Assembly (NCBI GenBank): GCA_014803415.1
Contig: JAAVBZ010000023.1
Coordinates: 80,749-144,748, forward strand
Source of the DNA: Lachnospiraceae bacterium
Lineage (GTDB): Bacteria > Bacillota > Clostridia > Lachnospirales > Lachnospiraceae
DNA length: 64,000 bases
Direction of reading: 5' to 3'
Below are positions 19,599-29,052 of the stretch, piece after piece; within the stretch, counting starts at the first letter, position 1; every line of letters begins with the position of its first letter. Made by a program: the position numbers and the translations under genes. The notes under the pieces were generated by a model, which was not told where the DNA came from, ran no database searches, and saw only the letters and a list, made by a program, of their open reading frames with translations.

Positions 19599-19979
19599 AT
19601 GTTAAAGAAAATAGCAACAGACAAGGCACCTGCAGCGATCGGACCTTATTCCCAGGGAATTATTGTAAATGATCTTTTATTTGCATCGGGACAGATTCCC
19701 ATTATTCCGGCAACCGGAGCCATTGCACAGGGAGACATTACCGTTCAGGCAAAGCAGGCAATTGAGAATGTAGGAGAAATCTTAAAAGAAGCAGGAACAG
19801 ATTACGAACACGTGGTAAAGACCACATGTTTCCTGGCGGATATGGCGGATTTTGCCGCATTTAACAGTGTATATGAGCAGTATTTTACAGGAAAGCCTGC
19901 CAGAAGCTGTGTAGCGGTAAAGCAGCTTCCCAAAGATGTGCTCTGCGAAGTAGAAGTAATCGCAAGTCTTGAGAAATAA
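19599..19979 (+). CDS. ridA: RidA (YjgF/YER057c/UK114) enamine deaminase
   Basis: APAAIGPYSQ, SGQIP, KPARSCV, EVEVIA. Confidence 0.92.
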   Translation: MLKKIATDKAPAAIGPYSQGIIVNDLLFASGQIPIIPATGAIAQGDITVQAKQAIENVGEILKEAGTDYEHVVKTTCFLADMADFAAFNSVYEQYFTGKPARSCVAVKQLPKDVLCEVEVIASLEK

Positions 19980-19995
19980 GGAATAGTAATCTGTT

Positions 19996-20493
19996 ATGAA
20001 TAATGTGATATTGATAGGAATGCCGGGCGCAGGAAAGAGTACAGTAGGAGTGGTACTTGCCAAAAAGCTTGGATACAGCTTTATGGATTCCGATCTGATC
20101 ATTCAAAAACAAACCGGAAAACTGCTTCACCAGTTGATAGAAGAGAAAGGGGAAGCAGGTTTTCTTATGCTTGAAAATGAGATCAATGCCGCCCTTGACC
20201 TGGATCATCATGTGATCGCAACGGGAGGAAGCGCCATATACGGGCAGGAGGCCATGGAGCATTTTAAAAGAATAGGATGCGTGGTCTATTTAAGTCTTCC
20301 TTTTGAAGAACTAAAGGAGCGGCTGGGTGATCTGCATCAGCGGGGCGTGGTTCTTAAGGAAGGATTTACGCTCCTTGATCTTTATAAGGAAAGAATCCCC
20401 CTGTATGAGAAATATGCAGATATTACCATTGATTGTGATCAAAAGAGGATCAGAGAAATTGTAGAAGAGATCAGCAGGAAGTGTAAGGAGTGA
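19996..20493 (+). CDS. aroK: Shikimate kinase
   Basis: IGMPGAGKSTVG, DSD, IATGGS, ERIPLY. Confidence 0.88.
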   Translation: MNNVILIGMPGAGKSTVGVVLAKKLGYSFMDSDLIIQKQTGKLLHQLIEEKGEAGFLMLENEINAALDLDHHVIATGGSAIYGQEAMEHFKRIGCVVYLSLPFEELKERLGDLHQRGVVLKEGFTLLDLYKERIPLYEKYADITIDCDQKRIREIVEEISRKCKE

Positions 20494-20498
20494 CAGAA

Positions 20499-21395
20499 AT
20501 GAAAAAGGCATCGTTAAAAAGCAGTTTTCTGTTATTTTTGGCGGCTTTCATATGGGGCGTTGCTTTTGTGGCACAGAGTGTTGGCATGGACTATATGGGG
20601 CCTTTAAGCTTTAACGGAGTCAGGTTTCTGATGGGAAGTCTGGTGCTTTTGCCCATAGTGATCCGGAACAGGAAAAAACGAGCAAAAGAAGGAATAAAAC
20701 AGACAGAGTTGAAAGCAGCCTTTAAGGGCGGAATATGCTGCGGATCGGTACTTTGTGTTGCAGCTCTTCTGCAGCAGTACGGAATCATCTATACAACAGT
20801 AGGAAAAGCAGGATTCATCACCACCCTATATATCATTCTGGTGCCTGTTTTCGGAATCTTTTTAAAGAAAAAAATACCAGGAAAGATATGGACCGGTGCG
20901 GCTGTTGCAGCTCTCGGAATGTATTTTCTGTGTATGAGTGAAGAATTTAGATTAAGTAAAGGGGATACACTGGTATTTATCTGTGCCGTTCTTTTTTCCG
21001 TACATATTCTGGTAATCGATTATTTCTCACCGAAAACGGACGGAGTGGAATTATCCTGCTTGCAGTTTCTGACGGCGGGGATCATGGCAAGTATTGGAGC
21101 CGCCGTTTTTGAACACCCTCATATACAGTATTTCATAGACGGTATTCTCCCTCTTGCCTATGCCGGAATTCTTTCTATAGGAGTGGCCTATACCCTGCAG
21201 GTGATCGGTCAGAAGGATACCGATCCGGCAGTGGCTTCACTGATCCTCAGTATGGAATCAGTGGTTTCCATGCTGGCAGGCTGGGTGATCTTAGGACAGG
21301 AGTTAACCGTTAGAGAGCTGTTTGGGTGTATGCTCGTATTTTTTGCAGTAATTTTAGTTCAGCTTCCTGACAGAAATAAAAGCATAAAATCATAG
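20499..21395 (+). CDS. DMT/EamA family transporter
   Basis: IWGVAFVAQ, TTVGKAGFIT, ASLILSMESV; about 10 TMs. Confidence 0.9.
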   Translation: MKKASLKSSFLLFLAAFIWGVAFVAQSVGMDYMGPLSFNGVRFLMGSLVLLPIVIRNRKKRAKEGIKQTELKAAFKGGICCGSVLCVAALLQQYGIIYTTVGKAGFITTLYIILVPVFGIFLKKKIPGKIWTGAAVAALGMYFLCMSEEFRLSKGDTLVFICAVLFSVHILVIDYFSPKTDGVELSCLQFLTAGIMASIGAAVFEHPHIQYFIDGILPLAYAGILSIGVAYTLQVIGQKDTDPAVASLILSMESVVSMLAGWVILGQELTVRELFGCMLVFFAVILVQLPDRNKSIKS

Positions 21396-21411
21396 AAATA
21401 AGGATATGATA
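21382..21411 (+). promoter_or_regulatory. sigF/sigG-type promoter of spoVAE
   Basis: GCATA-N15-GGATATGATA. Confidence 0.45.
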
Positions 21412-21443
21412 TATTTCATAATCAAGCTTAACTGGAGGTTATT

Positions 21444-21800
21444 ATGGAATATTTCAATGCTTTTTGGGTAGGTGGACTGATCTGTGCACTGGTTCAGATA
21501 CTGATGGAAAAAACAAAGATGATGCCGGGAAGGATCATGGTACTGCTGGTATGCCTTGGTGCAGTACTCAGCTTCTTTGGATGGTATGAACCCTTTGTGG
21601 AATATGCGGGAGCAGGAGCGTCGGTACCTCTTTTGGGATTTGGCAATATACTTATGAAAGGGGTAAAAGAAGCGGTGGAGTCAGACGGGATCATGGGGCT
21701 CTTTTCAGGCGGATTTAAAGCTGGGGCCGTGGGAACATCAGCGGCGCTTATATTCGGATATCTGGCAAGTCTGATATTCAAGCCCAAAATGAAAAAATAA
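21444..21800 (+). CDS. spoVAE: Stage V sporulation protein AE (SpoVAEb-type)
   Basis: AFWVGGLICALVQ, AGAGASVPLLGFG, LIFKPK. Confidence 0.92.
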   Translation: MEYFNAFWVGGLICALVQILMEKTKMMPGRIMVLLVCLGAVLSFFGWYEPFVEYAGAGASVPLLGFGNILMKGVKEAVESDGIMGLFSGGFKAGAVGTSAALIFGYLASLIFKPKMKK

Positions 21801-21812
21801 AGGAGGATGGTT

Positions 21813-23612
21813 ATGGTTAAGGAGAGAATGGAGAGGCTTCGGAAGGTCATGAAGGATAAGGGAATTGATTGTTATATTATTCCAACTTCGGACTATCATA
21901 ACAGTGAGTATGTCAGTGAGTATTTCATGGTACGGGAGTTTTTCAGCGGATTTACCGGTTCCGCAGGAACATTGGTAGTGTTTGCCGATCAGGCGGCGCT
22001 GTTTACGGACGGGCGTTATTTTATTCAGGCAGCCAGGCAGCTTGAAGGAAGCGGCATTGCCCTAATGAAGATGGGGGAACCGGAAGTTCCTACATTGAAG
22101 GAATATGTGGAGCAGGAGCTGCAAGAAGGCGGGTGCATCGGATTTGACGGAAGAGTGATCACGGCAGGAGAAGGATTGGATTATGAAAAAATAGCCGATA
22201 AAAAAGGCGGCAGAGTAATTTTTAACATGGATCTTGCCGAAGATGTATGGGAGGAGAGGCCTTCTCTTGTATTTACGCCCGCATTTGTGCTGCAGGAAAA
22301 ATACAGCGGGGAAAGCACGGCGGAGAAATTAAAACGCCTTCGGGAGAAAATGAAAGAGGAGAAAGCGGAGGTGCATCTGCTGACCACCCTTGACGATATT
22401 GCATGGCTCTTTAATTTAAGGGCTAATGATGTGGAAAGCTGCCCGGTACTTTTAGCCTATGCGGTAATTACAGATTCTGATGCTATTCTTTTTGCGGGAG
22501 AGAGTGCCTTTGATGGTGAAGCAAAGCAGTATCTTACGAAAAACAGCATCAGCTTAAAACCTTATGATGATTTTTATACATATGTAGCGGATATGGTAAA
22601 AGAAAAAACGGATACCAAAATCCTGGTATGTGAGAAGAGGATCAATTACCGTCTCAAGAAGGAAATGGGAGAGAAGGTTACTATTATTGACAAACCCAAT
22701 CCTACAACGCTTATGAAAGCAGTAAAAAATGAGACTGAGCAGGAAAATCTGCGTAAAGCCCATTTGATGGATGGAGTTGCAGTAACGAAATTTATGTACT
22801 GGCTGAAGACGAATGTGGGCAAAATTCCGATGACGGAGATCAGTGCTTCCGATCATCTGGAAAGTCTCCGGGCGCAGAATGAATCGTTTATTGAACCCAG
22901 TTTTTCCACAATCTGTGCTTATGGCGCCAATGGCGCTATTATCCATTACAGCGCAACTCCTGAATCCTATGCAGACATCAAGGCGGAGGGAATGCTTATG
23001 GTGGACAGCGGCGGACACTATTATGAGGGAAGTACGGATATTACCAGAACCTTCATATTAGGGGAGATCAGCGAAGAAATGAAGCAGCACTTTACGCTGG
23101 TGGCAAGAGCCATGCTCCGGCTTAAGAGCAGGAAATTCCTTTATGGATGTAATGGAGTCAGTCTGGATGTAGCGGCGCGGGAAGTATTCTGGGAAAAAGG
23201 ACTGGATTATAAGCATGGAACGGGGCATGGAGTAGGCTATCTGTTAAATGTTCACGAAGGTCCTAACGGCTTCCGCTATAAGATTCTGCCCGGTGGCGGC
23301 AATGACTGGGTATTTGAAGAGGGCATGGTGACTACAGATGAACCCGGCATTTATATTGAGGGAAGTCATGGAATAAGGATTGAAAATGAGCTTTTATGCC
23401 GTAAAGAGCAAAATAATGAATACGGACAGTTCATGGGATTTGAAGATCTGACTTATGCGCCAATTGACCTTGACGGAATCGATGTAACTGCCATGGAAAA
23501 GAAAGAAATAGAAACATTGAATGAGTATCACAGAATGGTATTTGAGAAGCTTTCCCCTTTCTTTGAGGGAGAAGAGCTTAAATGGCTGAAAAATGTTACC
23601 AGAGAAGTTTAG
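21813..23612 (+). CDS. Aminopeptidase P (M24B Xaa-Pro aminopeptidase)
   Basis: GFTGSAG, TDGRY, DSGGHY..GSTDITRT, HGTGHGVG, VHEGP, DEPG, GIRIEN. Confidence 0.93.
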   Translation: MVKERMERLRKVMKDKGIDCYIIPTSDYHNSEYVSEYFMVREFFSGFTGSAGTLVVFADQAALFTDGRYFIQAARQLEGSGIALMKMGEPEVPTLKEYVEQELQEGGCIGFDGRVITAGEGLDYEKIADKKGGRVIFNMDLAEDVWEERPSLVFTPAFVLQEKYSGESTAEKLKRLREKMKEEKAEVHLLTTLDDIAWLFNLRANDVESCPVLLAYAVITDSDAILFAGESAFDGEAKQYLTKNSISLKPYDDFYTYVADMVKEKTDTKILVCEKRINYRLKKEMGEKVTIIDKPNPTTLMKAVKNETEQENLRKAHLMDGVAVTKFMYWLKTNVGKIPMTEISASDHLESLRAQNESFIEPSFSTICAYGANGAIIHYSATPESYADIKAEGMLMVDSGGHYYEGSTDITRTFILGEISEEMKQHFTLVARAMLRLKSRKFLYGCNGVSLDVAAREVFWEKGLDYKHGTGHGVGYLLNVHEGPNGFRYKILPGGGNDWVFEEGMVTTDEPGIYIEGSHGIRIENELLCRKEQNNEYGQFMGFEDLTYAPIDLDGIDVTAMEKKEIETLNEYHRMVFEKLSPFFEGEELKWLKNVTREV

Positions 23613-23618
23613 ATAACC

Positions 23619-23656
23619 AAAATGGTATATTTGCTTGACGAATATACCATTTTTTG
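23619..23656 (+). terminator. Terminator overlapping the -35 of the downstream promoter
   Basis: AAAATGGTATATT-N9-AATATACCATTTT(TT); loop contains TTGACG, with TATGTT 17 nt later. Confidence 0.65.
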
Positions 23657-23739
23657 ATATGTTATACCTTAAAGGATTTTGGCCATAAGCAGGCTTTGAT
23701 CCTTAAGCTATGGCAAAATTACATATGGAGGAGAGAGAA

Positions 23740-25083
23740 ATGAGTAAAGAAAACGTGAATGTCGGCGTAGAAGGCATCTTCGACGCAAAACAGCTTGGCG
23801 TACCCAAAATGTTGATTCTTGGGATACAGCATATGTTCGCAATGTTTGGAGCAACGGTAGTCGTTCCCGCACTGACAGGTCTGGATGTTTCCACTACACT
23901 GTTATTTGCAGGTCTGGGTACTTTGTTGTTCCATTTTTTGTCTAAGGGAAAGGTGCCGGCGTTTCTTGGCTCTTCCTTTGCATTCCTTGCAGGTTATTGG
24001 GCAATTGCACCGGGCGGTGAAGCGGATCTGCTTCCCTATGCATGTTTCGGTGTGGCCTGTTCCGGGCTTTTGTATCTGATTCTCGCAGGCTTGATCAAGG
24101 CCTTCGGTATCAATAAAGTTATGAAATTTTTCCCGCCCATCGTTACAGGTCCTATCATCATTGCAATCGGACTTAACTTATCACAGTCGGCGATCGACAA
24201 CTGTGCAGCGAATTGGTGGATCGCAGTAGTAGCCATTGCGGTGGTTGTTATCTGCAATATCTGGGGAAAAGGAATGATCAAGATCATTCCCATCATCATG
24301 GGCGTAGTGGTTTCCTATGTGCTTGCTGCGATTACGGGTAATGTGGACTTTACACCGGTAAAAGAGGCAGCTTGGATCGGACTTCCCATTCACTGGGACA
24401 GAACAGTATTTTCGCTGATCGGCAAGGCAGATGCATCGCTGCTGATCACTGCAGTGATCACGATCATGCCGATCGCACTTGCCACCATGGTAGAGCATAT
24501 CGGTGATATTTCCGCTATTTCTTCTACTGTCGGAAAGAATTATATCAAAGATCCCGGTCTTCATCGGACATTGCTTGGTGATGGCCTTGCAACTACACTG
24601 GCATCTCTTTTCGGAGCGCCTGCCAATACTACTTATGGGGAGAATACAGGAGTGCTTTCCCTTACCAAAGTTTTTGACCCTGTTGTGATCAGACTCGCAG
24701 CAGTTTTTGCCATGATCTTTTCTTTCTCACCCAAGATCGCAGCTGTAATTTCATGTATGCCCACGGCTACACTGGGAGGTGTATCTTTGGTACTCTACGG
24801 TATGATCTCTGCAGTAGGTGTTCGTAATGTGGTAGAAAATCAGGTAGATTTTTCCAAGAGCCGCAATGTGATCATAGCTGCTCTGATCCTGGTACTTTCC
24901 ATCGGTATCAATTTCAGCGGCGCCGGAGCAATTGCATTTTCTGTTGGGGCTGTTACGATCCAGCTTTCCGGTCTGGCTGTGGGTGCACTTACAGGGATTA
25001 TCCTGAACGCCGTGCTGCCGGGTAAGGATTATAAATTTGACGAAGATATACCTTCTGATACAGGGGTAAATTTTAAGGTTTAA
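23740..25083 (+). CDS. uraA: NCS2 uracil/xanthine permease
   Basis: QHMFAMFGAT, FLGSSFAF, EHIGD, GDG, PANTTYGENTGV signature. Confidence 0.9.
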   Translation: MSKENVNVGVEGIFDAKQLGVPKMLILGIQHMFAMFGATVVVPALTGLDVSTTLLFAGLGTLLFHFLSKGKVPAFLGSSFAFLAGYWAIAPGGEADLLPYACFGVACSGLLYLILAGLIKAFGINKVMKFFPPIVTGPIIIAIGLNLSQSAIDNCAANWWIAVVAIAVVVICNIWGKGMIKIIPIIMGVVVSYVLAAITGNVDFTPVKEAAWIGLPIHWDRTVFSLIGKADASLLITAVITIMPIALATMVEHIGDISAISSTVGKNYIKDPGLHRTLLGDGLATTLASLFGAPANTTYGENTGVLSLTKVFDPVVIRLAAVFAMIFSFSPKIAAVISCMPTATLGGVSLVLYGMISAVGVRNVVENQVDFSKSRNVIIAALILVLSIGINFSGAGAIAFSVGAVTIQLSGLAVGALTGIILNAVLPGKDYKFDEDIPSDTGVNFKV

Positions 25084-25100
25084 AAATAAGAAATCTGACG

Positions 25101-25134
25101 GGCCACCTGCTAAGAGGTAAGCAGGTGGCCTTTT
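25101..25134 (+). terminator. Intrinsic terminator
   Basis: GGCCACCTGCT-N8-AGCAGGTGGCC-TTTT. Confidence 0.75.
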
Positions 25135-25161
25135 GGATGAAAATAAAGGAGCAAAGTAACG

Positions 25162-25977
25162 ATGAAACAAATTCCCGAAACAGATAAAGACGCAGAGAGC
25201 AGGCTGAAGGAGATCACCTGTTTTGCTCTGGATATGGACGGTACGGTATACCTGGGAGAGAAGTGGATAGACGGAGCATTGGAATTTCTGAGAGCAGTAA
25301 AAAAGGCAGGAAAACAGTATTTTTTTCTGACTAATAATTCTTCGAAAGGGCCGGAAAATTATGTGGAAAAATTAAAGCAGATGGGACTTACCATAGACAA
25401 AAGCCGGATCGTCACATCGGGCCAGGCAACCATTGATTATCTGAAAAGAAATTTCCCGGGAAAAAGGGTATTCTTACTTGGAAATGAATTACTGACCAGG
25501 GAATTTGAAGAAGAAGGGATACTGCTTGACGACAGCTCGCCGGAGGTAGTGGTAACAGGATTTGATACCTCCCTTGACTATGCCAAAATGTGCAAGGTAT
25601 GCGATTTTGTCAGAGCCGGACTTCCCTATATCGCTACGCATCCCGATTACAATTGCCCTACAGAAACAGGGTTTATACCCGATGCAGGAGCTATTCATGC
25701 TTTTATCCATGCATCGGCATTTCGCTATCCCGACCATGTGATCGGTAAGCCAAGCGGAGATATCATGGATTATCTGGCAGGGCGGGCAAAAACGGAGAAA
25801 GCACAGACAGCAATGGTGGGAGACAGACTTTATACCGATGTGGCGGCAGGAGTAAATAACGGATATACAGGGATCCTGGTGCTCAGCGGGGAAGCAGGCA
25901 TGAAGGATGTGGAAGAATCTGATGTGGTACCGGATCTGATCTTTACATCAGTGAAAGAGATGATACCGTTTTTATGA
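25162..25977 (+). CDS. HAD-IIA hydrolase (NagD/UmpH-like)
   Basis: DMDGTVY, TNNSS, IGKP, MVGDRLYTDV, LVLSG. Confidence 0.92.
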   Translation: MKQIPETDKDAESRLKEITCFALDMDGTVYLGEKWIDGALEFLRAVKKAGKQYFFLTNNSSKGPENYVEKLKQMGLTIDKSRIVTSGQATIDYLKRNFPGKRVFLLGNELLTREFEEEGILLDDSSPEVVVTGFDTSLDYAKMCKVCDFVRAGLPYIATHPDYNCPTETGFIPDAGAIHAFIHASAFRYPDHVIGKPSGDIMDYLAGRAKTEKAQTAMVGDRLYTDVAAGVNNGYTGILVLSGEAGMKDVEESDVVPDLIFTSVKEMIPFL

Positions 25978-26021
25978 ATGTGAGGGCTGAACTGTTACTA
26001 TTTGTAGAGGAAAAATAAAAC

Positions 26022-26657
26022 ATGAAGAATAAAATAACAATAGTTTTCTTATTACTTAGCGTAATCTTTTGCGCTGGCTGTGGAGCTAAAAAGGATACTA
26101 CTGCTTTTTCAGATTTGAGCAGGCGAATCATTAAATTAGTGGAAGAGAACAATGAAATTTTTTACAGTGCCGAGGATATTGTAATTGACAGTATTTCTTA
26201 CGGTTCGTTTTCAATGCAGGGTGCCAATGAAGCACTGGTGCTGTGCAAATTCTTAAATATGCCTCATGTAGGAGGACTGGACAGAACTGCGGCGGTGATC
26301 CTATCGGTGGATTCCATGGAAATGGTATCATATAACGAATTTGGAGCAGATGAAGTATCCATGACTTGCCTGAAAACCAACAGCGGTGAGGTCAGAATAT
26401 TTTTTATTGGGACATCAGCATCTACAGGGATGAGCGGCCAAAGCGTTAAGCTTTTTGCTATTCGGGATGGAAAGTGGGAAGAGCTGCCGTTAGATGCATT
26501 GGAAGAACTTAATGAGGATTGCTTTTGCTTTATGCAGGGTGATAATACGCTGATCTTTACAGCTAATACAGGATTGGCAGAATTAACAGATTCTTCTGAG
26601 ATTCTGGCAGTGTACCGGTGGAATCCTGACACAGAGCAATTTACCAGGTCAGAATGA
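26022..26657 (+). CDS. Hypothetical lipoprotein
   Basis: Signal peptide with CAGC lipobox; AGAGG RBS. Confidence 0.7.
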   Translation: MKNKITIVFLLLSVIFCAGCGAKKDTTAFSDLSRRIIKLVEENNEIFYSAEDIVIDSISYGSFSMQGANEALVLCKFLNMPHVGGLDRTAAVILSVDSMEMVSYNEFGADEVSMTCLKTNSGEVRIFFIGTSASTGMSGQSVKLFAIRDGKWEELPLDALEELNEDCFCFMQGDNTLIFTANTGLAELTDSSEILAVYRWNPDTEQFTRSE

Positions 26658-26670
26658 GAAGGGATAAAAG

Positions 26671-27120
26671 ATGATGATACGTGCCATGAAAATAAATGAT
26701 TATAATGCTGTATTTGATCTATGGATGCAGACAGAGAATATGGGATTAAGAGAGCTGGATGACTCGAAGGAAGGGATTGGAGCTTTTTTGAAAAGAAACC
26801 CCGATACCTGTTTTGTTGCGGAAAAAGAAGGAAAGATTGTTGGCGTTATTTTATGTGGAAATGACGGCAGGAGAGGCTATATTTATCATACGGTAGTCCA
26901 TAGAGATTACAGAAAGCAGGGAATTGCATCCAGGCTAATAGAAAATGCCGTTCTTGCTCTGCAAAAGGAAGGAATTACCAGGGTATGTTTAAATGTTGTG
27001 GAAAGCAACGAAGCGGGAAAAGGATTCTGGCAGAAAAGGGGATGGGAAAAGAAAGATTTTCTTGGGTTCTACAGCAAATCTATTACAGAGCGAAAAAATG
27101 AGCCTTTGTTTGAAATATAA
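26671..27120 (+). CDS. GNAT family N-acetyltransferase (YpeA-like)
   Basis: DGRRGYIYH, YRKQGIA, N..G..FW. Confidence 0.9.
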   Translation: MMIRAMKINDYNAVFDLWMQTENMGLRELDDSKEGIGAFLKRNPDTCFVAEKEGKIVGVILCGNDGRRGYIYHTVVHRDYRKQGIASRLIENAVLALQKEGITRVCLNVVESNEAGKGFWQKRGWEKKDFLGFYSKSITERKNEPLFEI

Positions 27121-27137
27121 GGGGATAATTTTGGGAA

Positions 27138-27154
27138 TCAACCGCAGGTTGACA
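27138..27154. promoter_or_regulatory. Candidate XRE operator overlapping TTGACA
   Basis: TCAACC-GCA-GGTTGA palindrome; a further CAACCG half-site at 27182. Confidence 0.45.
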
Positions 27155-27233
27155 AAATTCCAGCCGAAAATGGTGGTAATGCAACCGTGATGCAGGATAA
27201 TATGACGCTATCAAAACAAAAGGAGTGTCAGAT

Positions 27234-27863
27234 ATGAATGTAGCAGACAGAATACAGAGTTTACGTAAATCAAAAGGAATATCCCAGGAAGAACTTGCCG
27301 ATCAGATCGGAGTATCCAGACAGGCGGTTTCCAAATGGGAGAGCGAACAAAGTACTCCCGATATTGAAAAAATTATTCTTTTAAGCGATTACTTTGAAGT
27401 TACTACAGACTATTTACTTAAAGGAATTGAGCCGAAGCCGGATTTGGAAGTAAAAAAACCCAGGGCATGTATCTTTGCTGCTGTAGGAACGGCCATCAAC
27501 GTAATCGGGCTGCTCACGGTAATTGCAAACTGGATAGAAAAAAGGCAATCTTATGCAGTGTCAGAAGGTCTTATTTTTATGACAGTCGGTCTGGTGTGGT
27601 ATGTCATTGGACAGATGACAGGAGAACAGGAGGAAAAGAAGAAGGCAAAAAGGAATTTCTGGATGATCAATATATGGATATTACTGATGATTCCAATTTC
27701 CTGTTGTCTTAATCTGGTGGACGGTCTTTTTGGAGGTTATTTTGGAGTTATCGCACCGATTCCCGTTTTGGGCAATTCTCTTATTACCTATGGTTTACGA
27801 TGGCTGCTTTACTTTACCATATGTATTTTAGGTGATCTGATCATTAAGAAGAAATTAAAATAA
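27234..27863 (+). CDS. XRE-family HTH regulator with C-terminal membrane domain
   Basis: SQEELADQIGVSRQAVSKWE, VTTDYLLKG, about 4 TMs. Confidence 0.9.
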   Translation: MNVADRIQSLRKSKGISQEELADQIGVSRQAVSKWESEQSTPDIEKIILLSDYFEVTTDYLLKGIEPKPDLEVKKPRACIFAAVGTAINVIGLLTVIANWIEKRQSYAVSEGLIFMTVGLVWYVIGQMTGEQEEKKKAKRNFWMINIWILLMIPISCCLNLVDGLFGGYFGVIAPIPVLGNSLITYGLRWLLYFTICILGDLIIKKKLK

Positions 27864-27880
27864 GGAATAAATATCATATG

Positions 27881-28835
27881 TTATTCAATTGTTTGCATCT
27901 TAATAAATTCGGCGAATCTGGGCAGGATAAAAGATACTTCCCCATACTTTCGCGTGTCTAAAATTCCTTTACGTTTTAAACGGTCCCGATATACAGAAAA
28001 CAGTTCGGACTTCATTCCAAGCTGTTTTCTGATATTTTTAACTTTAGTTTCTCCGCTTTCAGCCATTGTGATCAGAACTTTTCTGTCCAGTTCGGAAAGT
28101 TCGGACCAGATCTTTTCATAAACGTATTCTTCAAGATACTGGTCATATTCAGGTAGAATTTGATCTATGGAAGCTGCATTTTGATTTTCCCAAAAAAGAT
28201 AACCTAACACCTGAAATGCAAAAGGATATCCTTTGGTTAAGGCAGTCATTTCTCCCGCAGCGTCCACATTAAGTCCGAATATATCCATATATTGTTTTCT
28301 GATGGCAGTATAGTTTAAAGGTTCCAGAATTATTTTTGGCGCCCGATATAAAAGGGTAAGAGATTTTTCGTTTTGCAGAGCATAAATATTCTCATATAAA
28401 CCTGTCATCAGTAAAAATATAGGATAATCATGCCTTAAAAAGATCTGAAATGAGCTTGAAAATATTCTGATATACTCACAATTTGTAACCTCGTCAATTG
28501 TAATAAGCAACCGCTTCTGTCTTTTTTTGATTTCCATAAGCATCAGTTCAATTGCATTTTCAATATCTGTTAAAGGAATAGCATTTTCTAAAGACACACC
28601 CAATCCAAATGCTGAAAAATCAAGTTTTGCATGAATAAAGTAAGGGTGCATTTCCGGTAAGCTATACAGCTTTGCAGCCAGGCTCTTAAGAAGATCTCTG
28701 GCCGGATCCCCTGACACCTGTAAGCATGTATATCTGATTGGAAGGTTCCTTTGCTGTGAAATTGTCGATGATCTCATTGGTTTGAGAAATCCGTGATATA
28801 TATTGCAATGGTTTTTTCCCGAAAGATATTGAAAA
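27881..28835 (-). pseudogene. AAA/ATP-binding protein pseudogene (start lost, Walker A broken by frameshifting deletion)
   Basis: Frame from 28835 reads FSISFGKKPLQYISR...LTGVRGSG and is preceded directly by TAA; it shifts at ATCCGG into the ORF PARDLL...ITIDEV (Walker B)...TKGYPFAFQ. Confidence 0.8.
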
Positions 28836-28893
28836 TTATATACAAAATATTTTCAAGAAATTAGGTTATATTAGACAAAAATAATATAATTGA

Positions 28894-28922
28894 TTGACAA
28901 AGAGAAAATGATATGGCATTAT
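28894..28922 (+). promoter_or_regulatory. sigA promoter of the catabolic island
   Basis: TTGACA-N17-CATTAT with extended TG. Confidence 0.65.
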
Positions 28923-28930
28923 TAATATAT

Positions 28931-28964
28931 GGAATAGAGATTTCATATATGAAATATAAATTCC
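28931..28964. promoter_or_regulatory. Palindromic operator (candidate IclR site)
   Basis: GGAAT-N4-ATTTCATATATGAAAT-N4-ATTCC; perfect 16-bp core just downstream of the -10. Confidence 0.65.
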
Positions 28965-29052
28965 GAATAAACTCCGAATAATTCAAAATGCCGGCATGAA
29001 TGGTATGGAGTTAATCAAAAAAGTAAAGTTGGAGGTATGGAAAGGAGAAACT

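Noticed and set aside
23665-23735. PyrR-binding attenuator or purine riboswitch
   Set aside because: Consensus motifs and a terminator are absent
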